From the NCBI RefSeq assembly GCF_009796825.1, contig NZ_CP047030.1, positions 1,344,070 through 1,408,069 of the forward strand: a stretch of 64,000 bases of DNA, written 5' to 3'. The position numbers and the translations under genes are program-made. This DNA is from Algibacter sp. L3A6. GTDB taxonomy: Bacteria > Bacteroidota > Bacteroidia > Flavobacteriales > Flavobacteriaceae. Under the pieces are notes generated by a model that was not told the origin of the DNA, ran no database searches, and saw nothing but the letters and a program-made list of their open reading frames with translations. This document shows positions 38,338 to 48,555 of this stretch, one piece after another (within the stretch, counting starts at the first letter, position 1; the number at the start of each line of letters is the position of its first letter).

Positions 38338-40134
38338 CTACTTAGGTATAGTAAAGAAAAATGTGGTGCCTTTATGCACTTCAGATTCAAACCAAATTTG
38401 CCCACCTAAAGACTCAACTATTTTTTTACAAAAAGACAAACCAATACCTGTTCCCTCATATTCTTCACGAGAATGCAGCCTCTGGAAAATAGAGAAAACT
38501 TTACTTTTATGCTTTTGAGAAATACCAATGCCATTATCTGCTACCTCAAATTGCCAAAAGTTTTTATTCTGTGGGCCATAAATAACGGTTTTAAAACTAA
38601 TAACTACCTTAGGATCTACATCTGCTTTTTTAAACTTAATAGCATTATTTATTAAATTCTGAAAAACCCCTCTAAGCTCAACCTTACTGCCCAAAACAGT
38701 CGGTAAATTTCCGTAGGTTACTTTGGCATTAAAGCGCGTAATAGCATTCGAAATATCCAACGTTATTTCTCCTAGCAAATCATTACAATCAATCTCAGTT
38801 TTCTCTTTAGATTTACCTAATTTAGAATACTCCAGCAAATCGTCTATCTGGGTTCGCATCCGTTCGCTAGATTTATCTATAAACTCCATGCTCATCATCG
38901 CATCATCATCGAGTTTTTCTTTATAATCATCTTTTAACAAAGCAATAAGCCCAGAAATGGTTGCCAAAGGCTCTTTTAAATCATGACTTGTAATGTATGC
39001 AAACTCTTCTAATTCTTTATTCTTAGAAGCTAACGTAAAAGACTGGCTATATATCGTGTTGTTCTTCTCCTTTAAAACAGTATTTAATCGCTTTGTACCA
39101 TAGTAATTTCTCAATATCACCCAAACCAATATTACAGCAAAAAGCACCAATGCTAATAAAAGGTAATTAATTGTACGCTGTGTATTCAGTTTTTTATTAA
39201 TTTCTTTAGCTTTCAACTCCTTATCAAGTATATCTTCTCTTTGTTGAACAAGAATAATGTTCTGCTTTTCTATCTCACTATTACTCAGCGCAATTTGTTC
39301 TTGCTTGTTTTTAAGCGAATCTACCTGCTTTAAAATACGTTGCTCTAGCTCGCTTTCGATAATTAATTTATCGGAATATTTTTTCTTTTGAAGTTCAGAA
39401 AGCGATATAAGTTCCTTAATTTCATTCTCTTGATTTTCTAAAGATTTATTTTTATTTTTTAATAAATTTTCTTTATCGCCTATAGCTTGTTTTTGGCCTT
39501 TAATCTCCTCATCTTTAAACTTAATACTACCTTCTACTTCAGATAATTTATCTTTGGTTTCAGCTAGAGTATTTTCAGCGTTTTGGAACAACTGTTTCCA
39601 TTTTTCTATAGACGAAATAGCATTTTCACGAAGATTATAGTGTGCTGCAATATTACTGCGTCGCATAAGTTTCTCGTTAATTTCATATTGAAAATCATTA
39701 CCAACATTAACAATATTAATCATAGAAGAATTATAAGGATAATTCTCCGTAATAAGTAAAGTATTACTGCTCGATATTTTATTTAAAACATACGAAATAT
39801 CAAAATTCTTATCATAATTAGTGTAAACAACATCTACGTTTTCAATATCTTTTACACTACTAAAACTAACCACTTTAACTGGCTTATTTTTAATTTGCCT
39901 TTTTTGCGCTAAGCTTTTTAAATCTATAATAGTGCGGTCTTTACCCAAAACCCCAATAACAAAATTTGGGTCTGCATGCGTATCACCATAAAGTGTTTGT
40001 TCTGCAACATTGAATATAACAATAGCGCGCTTAACTCGTTTTACCTGCTCGTTATCTGTGTTTTGGGCATATGCTTGCATAGCCATTAGGCACAACAGCA
40101 TTAAAGCATATTTTATTAAAACATTAGATTTCAT
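38338..40134 (-). CDS. sensor histidine kinase with periplasmic YfiR-like (DUF4154) domain and ~170-aa coiled coil
   Basis: ORF 38338..40179; signal peptide MKSNVLIKYALMLLCLMAMQAYAQ from ATG 40134; periplasmic domain; long K/E/Q-rich coiled coil; TM; HisKA (ITSHDLKEPLATISG); HATPase_c (ADNGIGIS…GTGIGLSFCK). Confidence 0.8.
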   Translation of the reverse strand: MKSNVLIKYALMLLCLMAMQAYAQNTDNEQVKRVKRAIVIFNVAEQTLYGDTHADPNFVIGVLGKDRTIIDLKSLAQKRQIKNKPVKVVSFSSVKDIENVDVVYTNYDKNFDISYVLNKISSSNTLLITENYPYNSSMINIVNVGNDFQYEINEKLMRRSNIAAHYNLRENAISSIEKWKQLFQNAENTLAETKDKLSEVEGSIKFKDEEIKGQKQAIGDKENLLKNKNKSLENQENEIKELISLSELQKKKYSDKLIIESELEQRILKQVDSLKNKQEQIALSNSEIEKQNIILVQQREDILDKELKAKEINKKLNTQRTINYLLLALVLFAVILVWVILRNYYGTKRLNTVLKEKNNTIYSQSFTLASKNKELEEFAYITSHDLKEPLATISGLIALLKDDYKEKLDDDAMMSMEFIDKSSERMRTQIDDLLEYSKLGKSKEKTEIDCNDLLGEITLDISNAITRFNAKVTYGNLPTVLGSKVELRGVFQNLINNAIKFKKADVDPKVVISFKTVIYGPQNKNFWQFEVADNGIGISQKHKSKVFSIFQRLHSREEYEGTGIGLSFCKKIVESLGGQIWFESEVHKGTTFFFTIPK

Positions 40135-40138
40135 AACA

Positions 40139-42835
40139 TTATAAACGTAACAATATTTTAGCAAATACGTTGGCGCCATTTACACCAAATTGCTGCACAC
40201 GCCTACTGTAAACCAAACTTCCATTTACCGTATTAGCCGAGTGTGTGTGCTTGTTTGGGTATACATCAAAAATATTATTACACCCAACTGTTGCTTGTAG
40301 CCAATTCTCGTAATTATACGTTACATACAAATCGGTTACAAACTTTGGATCGAATTTTTGATCACGAGTTTCAACATTACCAGTAAACTCATTAAGCTCC
40401 CAATTATTTGAATCACCATCATCTGGGTGAATATACATTACGCTCCCAAAATAAGTACCCACTAAATTGAATTTAAAATCATTAATTTCATAATTCAAAT
40501 ACGAGTTCACCTTCACTTTTGGTTGAGCAGACTCTATTCTAGAACGCTCTTCTCTGTTAAATAAAGATTCAATATCACTGTCTACAATATTACTTCTATT
40601 TACTTTAGTCACTTTGGTTTCAGTAAAATTAGCCGAAACCTTTCCGCTTAATTTACCTGCTCCTATTTGATTTTTGTAATGGAAAGACATTTCTACACCA
40701 TTAGTTCTAGAATCTATCGCATTGGCAAAAAACTGAGCAGCCGTAACATTAAATGGCGCCAACAAATCTTCGTACCCCTCATCAAACTGTCCTGACAGCA
40801 CAATTCGATCTTCAATATTGATATTATAATAATCAAAAGAAAGCGTGTATTTATTTTCTATTTTAGTACTTAGACCAAGGCTAAAATGTTTTGATAATTC
40901 TGGTTTAAGCTTGCTTACCTCAAAAGCATCGGTTACCAAAGTACTTTCATGGTTAAACGTACCGACCTGACTAATATCCCCATCAAAAAACTGTGTGCTA
41001 ATTTTTTGAAAAAACACTTGGTGCATAGATGGCGCTCTAAAACCTGTAGAATAACTAGACCTCAACGCAGTCTTTTTACCAAACTTATATCGCGCAGAAA
41101 GTTTCCAAAGCGAGTTTTCTCCAAAATCGTTGTTAGACTCATATCGAAACGCTCCTTTTATAAGCATCGGTTTAATAGGCTTCAATTCAACATCTACATA
41201 TCCTGAAGCATTAGAACGGTAACGAATAAGTTCATCTTGTGGTTGTATACCAGGAAATACTTGAGCACCTATAATTTTAGGTCTTAATTCTCCATTTTCA
41301 TCTTCATACATTACATCACCATTAATATACGAATCTTCTTCTCCAGAAATAATCTCGTAACGTTCCACACGTAGTTCACCTCCAAAGGCCAAGTTAAGGC
41401 CTTGCATAACATCAAAAGGCCTACTAAAATCTAAGTTAGTAGTGTTAAGTTCGTATTGATAGCCTCCAGATTTAAATGTTCTAGGTGAAATAACACCAAG
41501 AGATGCATTGTTAGAATTATTTACCGTAAAATCGATACTATTAGATCCCATGGAATGACTAAAATCTATATCCCAACCATTTTTTTCGCCTCGAATCCCG
41601 AAGGTAACAGCATCATCTTGAATGTTTGTTAATATTTCTGGTGAAAACCCATTTGGATGAAGTTCTTCTACAACACGATCGGTTTCTCCAGGAAAACGAT
41701 AAAACCCTTTTGAAGTTCCTTCTCTAGAATTACGACCACCAAAAAAGTAAAGATTAGCCTTATCAAAAAGTGATAATTCACCATTAAATGCCAAAGCCGA
41801 GTTTCTAGTTGCAGCACTACCAACTTCCATCACTTGTTGATTTTTATAACCGGTTTGAGAGAAAAAATCGTTGTCTTCTATCAATTGGTTATCTAAAACA
41901 TCATCATTATCAACATAAACATTTCCGGTATAGTTGCCTGCTCTATTTGTAGCTCCTCTATCTCTAAACTCTCCGGTAATATTTATAAAACCTGTATTAC
42001 CTATTTTTAAACCAAAATTCCCGCTAAAATAATGGTTCACACCATCTTTTTCTGTATTGATTTTAGTTCCTGTATCAATATCGATAACATCGGTTTGTTT
42101 CTTTAAAACAATATTAATAACTCCTGCAATAGCATCAGATCCGTACTGAGAAGTTGCGCCATCCCTCAAAATTTCAATATGATCGATAGAAGATACCGGT
42201 ATCGCATTAAAATCCGTACCCACACTACCTCTACCAATAGTATTATTTACATTTAGCATAGACGATGTATGGCGACGCTTTCCGTTTATTAAAACCAAAA
42301 GTTGATCTGGTCCTAAACCTCGTAAAGTTGCCGGATCGATATGGTCTGTTCCATCGGAAACCGTTTGTTGTGTAGAATGAAATGATGGCACTAAAAACTG
42401 TAACAATTCACCTAATTCAAAATGAGATGAATTACTTATTTCTTCGGGTGTTATAATCTCAATAGGTACTGTAGTCTCTAAAGCAGATTGTGGTTTAGAA
42501 CGCGTCCCTAAAGACACGGGTTCATCTGCAGAAAACCCCGTTTCTAAACGGAAATCAGTAGTAAAACTATCTCCAACCTTTAGCGAGACGGACTTACTTT
42601 TACTATTATACATGATGAAAGATGCTGTTATAACATAATCTCCTTCTTCAAGTTCTAGTTTAAAATCACCGTTTATGTTGGTAGTTGTTTGTACCTCGTA
42701 ACCTTCAACACTAATTAAAGCTCCTGGCAAAGCACCAAAAGCATCCGAAACATTCCCTTGTACGGAAGCTCTATTTTGCGCACAAATAGTAATGCTAGCA
42801 AATAAGCATATTAATAGAATTATTCTTTTTTCCAT
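40139..42835 (-). CDS. TonB-dependent receptor with N-terminal carboxypeptidase-regulatory-like domain
   Basis: 898 aa; signal peptide MEKRIILLICLFASITICAQ; plug domain; stop 5 bp before HK start; start 5 bp after RR stop. Confidence 0.85.
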   Translation of the reverse strand: MEKRIILLICLFASITICAQNRASVQGNVSDAFGALPGALISVEGYEVQTTTNINGDFKLELEEGDYVITASFIMYNSKSKSVSLKVGDSFTTDFRLETGFSADEPVSLGTRSKPQSALETTVPIEIITPEEISNSSHFELGELLQFLVPSFHSTQQTVSDGTDHIDPATLRGLGPDQLLVLINGKRRHTSSMLNVNNTIGRGSVGTDFNAIPVSSIDHIEILRDGATSQYGSDAIAGVINIVLKKQTDVIDIDTGTKINTEKDGVNHYFSGNFGLKIGNTGFINITGEFRDRGATNRAGNYTGNVYVDNDDVLDNQLIEDNDFFSQTGYKNQQVMEVGSAATRNSALAFNGELSLFDKANLYFFGGRNSREGTSKGFYRFPGETDRVVEELHPNGFSPEILTNIQDDAVTFGIRGEKNGWDIDFSHSMGSNSIDFTVNNSNNASLGVISPRTFKSGGYQYELNTTNLDFSRPFDVMQGLNLAFGGELRVERYEIISGEEDSYINGDVMYEDENGELRPKIIGAQVFPGIQPQDELIRYRSNASGYVDVELKPIKPMLIKGAFRYESNNDFGENSLWKLSARYKFGKKTALRSSYSTGFRAPSMHQVFFQKISTQFFDGDISQVGTFNHESTLVTDAFEVSKLKPELSKHFSLGLSTKIENKYTLSFDYYNINIEDRIVLSGQFDEGYEDLLAPFNVTAAQFFANAIDSRTNGVEMSFHYKNQIGAGKLSGKVSANFTETKVTKVNRSNIVDSDIESLFNREERSRIESAQPKVKVNSYLNYEINDFKFNLVGTYFGSVMYIHPDDGDSNNWELNEFTGNVETRDQKFDPKFVTDLYVTYNYENWLQATVGCNNIFDVYPNKHTHSANTVNGSLVYSRRVQQFGVNGANVFAKILLRL

Positions 42836-42840
42836 GTGGA

Positions 42841-43242
42841 CTACTTCTCAAAATTCAAAGCTTCATCTAAAAGGGTTACAGACAATGGTTTGTTAATATA
42901 ACCATTTATAAAGCAAGAAGCCTTTGCTTTTTCTTGATCATTTGGGTTGGATGATGTGGTTAGCATAATAATCTTAATGCTAGAAGTAAATTCTTTATCT
43001 AATTTACTATATTCTTCTATAAACTCCCAACCATTCATTGCAGGCATATTAATATCAAGAAAAATAACCTCCGGTTTTTCAACTAAACCATCCATCGCTT
43101 TTTGTAGATAAGCCAACGCATCAGCTCCACTATTCACAGACCGTATAGAATTAAATGTGTTATGTTTTTTTACTATTTTTTCGTTATAAAAATTAGTAAA
43201 CTTATCATCATCGATAAGCAGCGTAGATTGGTAAGGGACCAT
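42841..43242 (-). CDS. stand-alone response regulator receiver domain (CheY-like)
   Basis: 133 aa; LLIDDD…FLDINMP…T…KP receiver signature; no output domain. Confidence 0.8.
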   Translation of the reverse strand: MVPYQSTLLIDDDKFTNFYNEKIVKKHNTFNSIRSVNSGADALAYLQKAMDGLVEKPEVIFLDINMPAMNGWEFIEEYSKLDKEFTSSIKIIMLTTSSNPNDQEKAKASCFINGYINKPLSVTLLDEALNFEK

Positions 43243-43410
43243 TGAGAGTTTTTTGCTATTTTTTTTTGAAAATTCTCATCTTATTCAGATAAAAAATGCA
43301 AATTACTCAATATGCCCTTAACTTTCTAAAGATTTCATTAAAAAATACAAAAGAGTCTAATTTTAAAAACATATTAAAACCTATCTTTGCACTCGTAAAA
43401 CCCTAATTAC

Positions 43411-46400
43411 GTGAGTAAATCTATCCTCTCGCAAACATATTTACAGACTTTGCAAAAGCAGAATCTGCAAAATGCTGTTGCCAAAAGTGAAAACAAAATA
43501 CATCTTACCGGCTTAGTAGGCTCTTCGCTATCTTTTATAATATCAAGTATTTTCAAGGAATCGAACAAACCTTTTCTTATTGTTTTTGATGATAAAGAAG
43601 AAGCCGCTTTTTATCTAAACGATTTAGAGCAACTTTGCAATGATAAAGACGTATTATTCTACCCAGGAAGCTATCGCAGACCCTACGAAATAGAAGAAAC
43701 CGATAACGCCAACGTACTTTTACGCGCCGAAGTTTTAAACCGTATAAACTCGCAAAAAAAACCGGCCATAATTGTTACTTATCCCGATGCCCTTTTTGAG
43801 CAAGTAGTTACCAGAAAAGAGCTAGAACGCAATACTTTAAAAGTAGCAGTAAACGATAATTTATCAATCAATTTTGTAAACGAAGTTCTTTTTGAATATC
43901 AATTTAAACGTGTAGACTTTGTTACCGAACCTGGTGAATTCTCGGTACGAGGTGGTATTATTGATGTGTTTTCGTTTTCTAATGATGAGCCTTATCGTAT
44001 TGAGTTTTTTGGAGATGAAGTTGATAGCATTAGAACTTTTGATGTAGAAACACAGCTTTCCATAGATCAAATAAAAAAGATAAACATTATTCCAAACGTT
44101 GCCAATAAACTTTTAGAAGAAAAAAGACAAAGTTTCCTAAAATACGTTGCACAGAAAACAGTAGTTTGCTTAAAAAATGCGGACTTACTTTTTTCTAGAA
44201 TCGATGATTTTTACAACAAAGCAGAAATCGCTTATAGAAATTTATCTTCGGAAATAAAACAAGCCCAACCAAACGAGCTTTTTTGTAATTCAACCTTATT
44301 AAAAAAGCAATTACTCGATTTTTCAATTATTGAATTTGGTAGCACGTCTATAATGACGAAAATTGGTAGCGTTGTACAAAAAGTAGAATTCAAAACCACA
44401 CCGCAACCATCTTTTAATAAGAAATTCGATTTATTAATTGAAGACTTAAACAGCAACCACAACAAAGGCTACACCAATTATATTGCTTGTGTAAGCGAAC
44501 AGCAGGCCAAACGTTTTCATGATATTTTTGACGATGTTGAAGGCGAGGTATCTTACCAAACTATTGTGCTTTCACTACACCAAGGTTTTATAGATCACGA
44601 TACAAAAATAGTTTGCTATACAGACCATCAAATTTTTGAACGTTACCATAAGTTTAATGTTAAAAACGGTTACGCAAAAAAGCAAGCCATTACTTTAAAA
44701 GAGCTTACAAACCTAGATATTGGCGATTATGTAACGCATATAGACCATGGTATTGGACGTTTTGGTGGACTTCAAAAAATTGATGTTGAAGGTAAAAAAC
44801 AAGAAGCCATTAAATTGGTTTATGGAGAGCGCGATGTACTGTATTTAAGCATACATTCCCTACATAAAATTACTAAATTTAACGGTAAAGACGGAAAACC
44901 GCCTAAAATTTACAAACTAGGCAGCACAGCCTGGAAAACCTTAAAACAAAAAACTAAAGCACGTGTTAAGCACGTTGCTTTCAACTTAATAAAACTTTAC
45001 GCTAAGCGGAAAACAGAAAAAGGCTATCAATACAATCCTGATAGTTATATGCAACACGAACTGGAAGCTTCTTTTATTTATGAAGATACCCCAGACCAAA
45101 GTAGTGCCACCGCAGATATAAAAGTCGATATGGAAAGTGAACGCCCGATGGATCGTTTAGTATGTGGCGATGTTGGCTTTGGTAAAACGGAAGTAGCTAT
45201 TCGTGCCGCTTTTAAAGCCGTAGACAACGGCAAACAAGTGGCCGTTTTAGTACCAACAACCATTTTAGCTTATCAGCATGCCAAAACATTTCGCGAGCGT
45301 TTAAAAGACTTCCCTGTAACAGTAGATTATGTTAACCGTTTTAGAACAGCAAAAGAAAAACGCACCACTCTAGAAGGTTTAGAAAAAGGTAGTGTAGATA
45401 TTATTATCGGCACACACCAACTTGTAAATAAAAACGTGAAATTTAAAGATCTTGGTTTATTAATTGTAGATGAAGAACAAAAATTTGGCGTTGCTGTAAA
45501 AGAAAAACTAAAAACACTGAAAGACAATGTTGATGTATTAACATTAACAGCAACACCTATACCACGTACTTTACAATTTAGCTTAATGGCTGCCCGAGAT
45601 TTATCGGTTATTACAACACCCCCACCAAACCGATACCCTATTGAAAGTAACGTAATTCGTTTTAATGAAGAAGATATTCGTGATGCGGTGAGTTATGAAA
45701 TTGAACGCGGCGGACAAATTTTCTTCATTCATAATAGAATAGAAAACATAAAAGAAGTTGCTGGCCTTATTCAGCGTTTAGTTCCTGATGCTAAAATCGG
45801 TATTGGTCATGGACAATTAGACGGTAAAAAGCTGGAACAACTTATGCTATCTTTTATGGATGGCGAGTTTGATGTTCTGGTAAGTACAACCATAATTGAA
45901 AGTGGTTTAGATGTACCAAATGCCAACACCATTTTTATAAACAATGCCAATAATTTTGGTTTAAGTGATTTACACCAAATGCGTGGTCGTGTAGGTCGAA
46001 GCAATAAAAAAGCCTTTTGCTATTTTATTACGCCAGAATATTCTGCAATGACCGACGATGCCAGAAAACGTATTACCGCATTAGAGCAATTTACAGAGCT
46101 TGGTAGCGGATTTAATATAGCCATGAAAGATTTAGAAATTCGTGGTGCCGGAGATTTATTAGGCGGAGAACAAAGTGGCTTTATAAATGAAATAGGGTTT
46201 GATACCTATCAAAAAATATTAAGCGAAGCCATAGAAGAACTTAAAGAAAACGAGTTTAAGGATTTATATGATGAACCTGAAGAAGATCGCGTTTACGTTA
46301 AAGACGTTACTATCGACACCGATTTCGAACTTCTTTTCCCAGACGATTATGTAAATAACATCGCAGAAAGATTAAGCTTATATACACAGCTAAATAATTT

Positions 46401-46761
46401 GAAAACCGAAGCTGAATTGCATACTTTTGAAACAGAATTAGTCGATCGTTTTGGAGAATTACCAATACAAGTGACCGATTTATTAAATAGTGTCCAAATA
46501 AAGTGGTTAGCAACCAAAATTGGTTTCGAAAAAGTAGTGATGAAACAAGGTAAACTTATTGGTTATTTCATTAACGACCAACAAAGTAACTTTTACCAAA
46601 GCTCTGGTTTTACTAAAGTTTTACAATTTGTTCAAAAAAACCCAGGAGCAGGTAAAATAAAAGAAAAACAAACCCGAAACGGATTAAGATTAATGCTAAC
46701 TTTCGACAAAATAAAAACTGTAAAACAAGCACTAAGCGCTTTACAACCTATTGTGGCTTAA
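43411..46761 (+). CDS. mfd: transcription-repair coupling factor
   Basis: 1116 aa; UvrB-homology N-terminus, DEAD/H helicase motifs (GDVGFGKTEVAIRAAF, DEEQ), TRG motif, CarD-like domain. Confidence 0.95.
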   Translation: MSKSILSQTYLQTLQKQNLQNAVAKSENKIHLTGLVGSSLSFIISSIFKESNKPFLIVFDDKEEAAFYLNDLEQLCNDKDVLFYPGSYRRPYEIEETDNANVLLRAEVLNRINSQKKPAIIVTYPDALFEQVVTRKELERNTLKVAVNDNLSINFVNEVLFEYQFKRVDFVTEPGEFSVRGGIIDVFSFSNDEPYRIEFFGDEVDSIRTFDVETQLSIDQIKKINIIPNVANKLLEEKRQSFLKYVAQKTVVCLKNADLLFSRIDDFYNKAEIAYRNLSSEIKQAQPNELFCNSTLLKKQLLDFSIIEFGSTSIMTKIGSVVQKVEFKTTPQPSFNKKFDLLIEDLNSNHNKGYTNYIACVSEQQAKRFHDIFDDVEGEVSYQTIVLSLHQGFIDHDTKIVCYTDHQIFERYHKFNVKNGYAKKQAITLKELTNLDIGDYVTHIDHGIGRFGGLQKIDVEGKKQEAIKLVYGERDVLYLSIHSLHKITKFNGKDGKPPKIYKLGSTAWKTLKQKTKARVKHVAFNLIKLYAKRKTEKGYQYNPDSYMQHELEASFIYEDTPDQSSATADIKVDMESERPMDRLVCGDVGFGKTEVAIRAAFKAVDNGKQVAVLVPTTILAYQHAKTFRERLKDFPVTVDYVNRFRTAKEKRTTLEGLEKGSVDIIIGTHQLVNKNVKFKDLGLLIVDEEQKFGVAVKEKLKTLKDNVDVLTLTATPIPRTLQFSLMAARDLSVITTPPPNRYPIESNVIRFNEEDIRDAVSYEIERGGQIFFIHNRIENIKEVAGLIQRLVPDAKIGIGHGQLDGKKLEQLMLSFMDGEFDVLVSTTIIESGLDVPNANTIFINNANNFGLSDLHQMRGRVGRSNKKAFCYFITPEYSAMTDDARKRITALEQFTELGSGFNIAMKDLEIRGAGDLLGGEQSGFINEIGFDTYQKILSEAIEELKENEFKDLYDEPEEDRVYVKDVTIDTDFELLFPDDYVNNIAERLSLYTQLNNLKTEAELHTFETELVDRFGELPIQVTDLLNSVQIKWLATKIGFEKVVMKQGKLIGYFINDQQSNFYQSSGFTKVLQFVQKNPGAGKIKEKQTRNGLRLMLTFDKIKTVKQALSALQPIVA

Positions 46762-46828
46762 TTCTTGTTTCATTTAAATTAAAATATATCATATCTTCAA
46801 TAAGAAGAAAACAAATACATCCAAAACC

Positions 46829-48172
46829 GTGAAACGCTTATTATTTCTTATTACCCTCATACCAAGTATTTTATTAGCACAACACAGTATTAAAGGCACG
46901 TTCTCACCTGCCAAAGAATACAATTTTGCTCTACTTTACAAGGTAACCCCAACCTTATCGGAATATATTTCTAATACCGAAATAGATAAAGAAACTGGTG
47001 GTTTCGAGTTTCAACTCGATTCTACAAGAACAAAAGGTATGTATCGCGTAGTTTACGCTATACCTCAAGAAGATTATAATTTCGATATTATTTATAACGG
47101 AAAAGAAGATATTGAATTAACCTTTAACTCTGAAACTGGTGTTACTTTCAAAAAATCTTCCGAGAACAAATTATTAGCATCTTACACCAATAGCATGTCT
47201 ATGGTTACACAAAGTATTGGGAATTATTTTAGAGAAGAAAGCAAAAACACCAAAGCTTTAAAGTCAATATTTAAAACGCAACAAGAAACACAAGAAAACT
47301 TTGAGAAAGCAGCAGAAGGTATGATGGCTTTAGATTTTATAAAAGCCAACCAACCTTATGTTCCAACCGATTTCGAAGATTTAAAAACGTATATAAACAA
47401 CTTAAGACTGCACTATTTCGACCATATAAATTTTAACAGTAAAGCATTACAGAGCTCTAATTTTTTAGAAGAAAAAATGCTGAATTATGTTTTTGGAATG
47501 TCTTCTGAAATTGAAGATGAAGCTACAGTTTACAAGAATAACATTGATATTTTTCATGACGTTTTAAAAACAACACCACAAGGTGTAAAACGTATTTTAT
47601 TAGTCGATTTATGGCAACAAATGGCAGACTTAGGTTTTGAGTCGGTTGCTAACTATATTTCAGATAAATATTTAATGCCGGTTGCAAAATCGTTAAATGA
47701 TAAAGATTTAATCGATGGACTAACTCTATTTAAAAACACATCAATAGGTAGAAAAGCGCCAGATTTCACATTAGAAATAAAGAAAGATAAAGCCTTAGTT
47801 AAAACACAATTAAGCGCACTAAACGTAGCAAAAAAATATATTGTGGTTTTCTGGAGTAGCACATGCTCGCATTGTTTAGATGAAATTCCTCAATTACACA
47901 GTTTCGTGAATACTTTAGAAAAAGGCGACGTAAAAGTAATTGCTGTAGGCTTAGAAGATGATCCGTATAAATGGAAAGACCTAACCTATACTTACACTAG
48001 TTTTATTCATGTTTATGGTGAAGGCCGTTGGGAAAACAAAATTGGAAACGATTATGGCGTAACATCAACACCAACATATTTCATTTTAGATAAAGACAAA
48101 AAATTCATTTCAAAACCAGAAGATTTTAAAGCTTTAAAAGCATTTTTTGGAGAAGAAGCTGAGGAAGAATAA
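46829..48172 (+). CDS. TlpA/ResA-like thioredoxin-fold thiol:disulfide oxidoreductase with N-terminal DUF4369-like domain
   Basis: 447 aa; signal peptide; CxxC motif WSSTCSHCLDEIP. Confidence 0.65.
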   Translation: MKRLLFLITLIPSILLAQHSIKGTFSPAKEYNFALLYKVTPTLSEYISNTEIDKETGGFEFQLDSTRTKGMYRVVYAIPQEDYNFDIIYNGKEDIELTFNSETGVTFKKSSENKLLASYTNSMSMVTQSIGNYFREESKNTKALKSIFKTQQETQENFEKAAEGMMALDFIKANQPYVPTDFEDLKTYINNLRLHYFDHINFNSKALQSSNFLEEKMLNYVFGMSSEIEDEATVYKNNIDIFHDVLKTTPQGVKRILLVDLWQQMADLGFESVANYISDKYLMPVAKSLNDKDLIDGLTLFKNTSIGRKAPDFTLEIKKDKALVKTQLSALNVAKKYIVVFWSSTCSHCLDEIPQLHSFVNTLEKGDVKVIAVGLEDDPYKWKDLTYTYTSFIHVYGEGRWENKIGNDYGVTSTPTYFILDKDKKFISKPEDFKALKAFFGEEAEEE

Positions 48173-48180
48173 ATCAGCTT

Positions 48181-48540
48181 TTAAAAGTGGTAAAAAGCAC
48201 CTTCTAAGTGCTCAATACTGAAATCTTTTCCTTGCTTTACAATAGCAACAACATCAAAACGAACTTCTACATCGAGATCGTTTGCAATCACGTATGCATC
48301 AATAGCTTTTACTAAACGTTGAATCTGTTTTGGTTTTACAAAATCTTGAGGATTTCCGAAGTTATTAGTAGATCTTGTTTTAACTTCTACAACCGCCAGA
48401 ACATCTTCTTTTTTCGCAATAATATCAACTTCCGCCTTTTGGTATCGGTAATTACGCGCCACAATAGCGTATCCGTTTTTCAACAGAAAATCGACAGCTA
48501 ACTGCTCTCCTTTTTTACCGAGTTCGTTGTGTTTTGCCAT
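48181..48540 (-). CDS. YraN-family (UPF0102) endonuclease-fold protein
   Basis: 119 aa; GEQLAVDFLLKNGYAIVARNYRYQKAEVDIIA…VVEVKTR. Confidence 0.75.
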   Translation of the reverse strand: MAKHNELGKKGEQLAVDFLLKNGYAIVARNYRYQKAEVDIIAKKEDVLAVVEVKTRSTNNFGNPQDFVKPKQIQRLVKAIDAYVIANDLDVEVRFDVVAIVKQGKDFSIEHLEGAFYHF

Positions 48541-48555
48541 GGCATCAAAGTTTAT

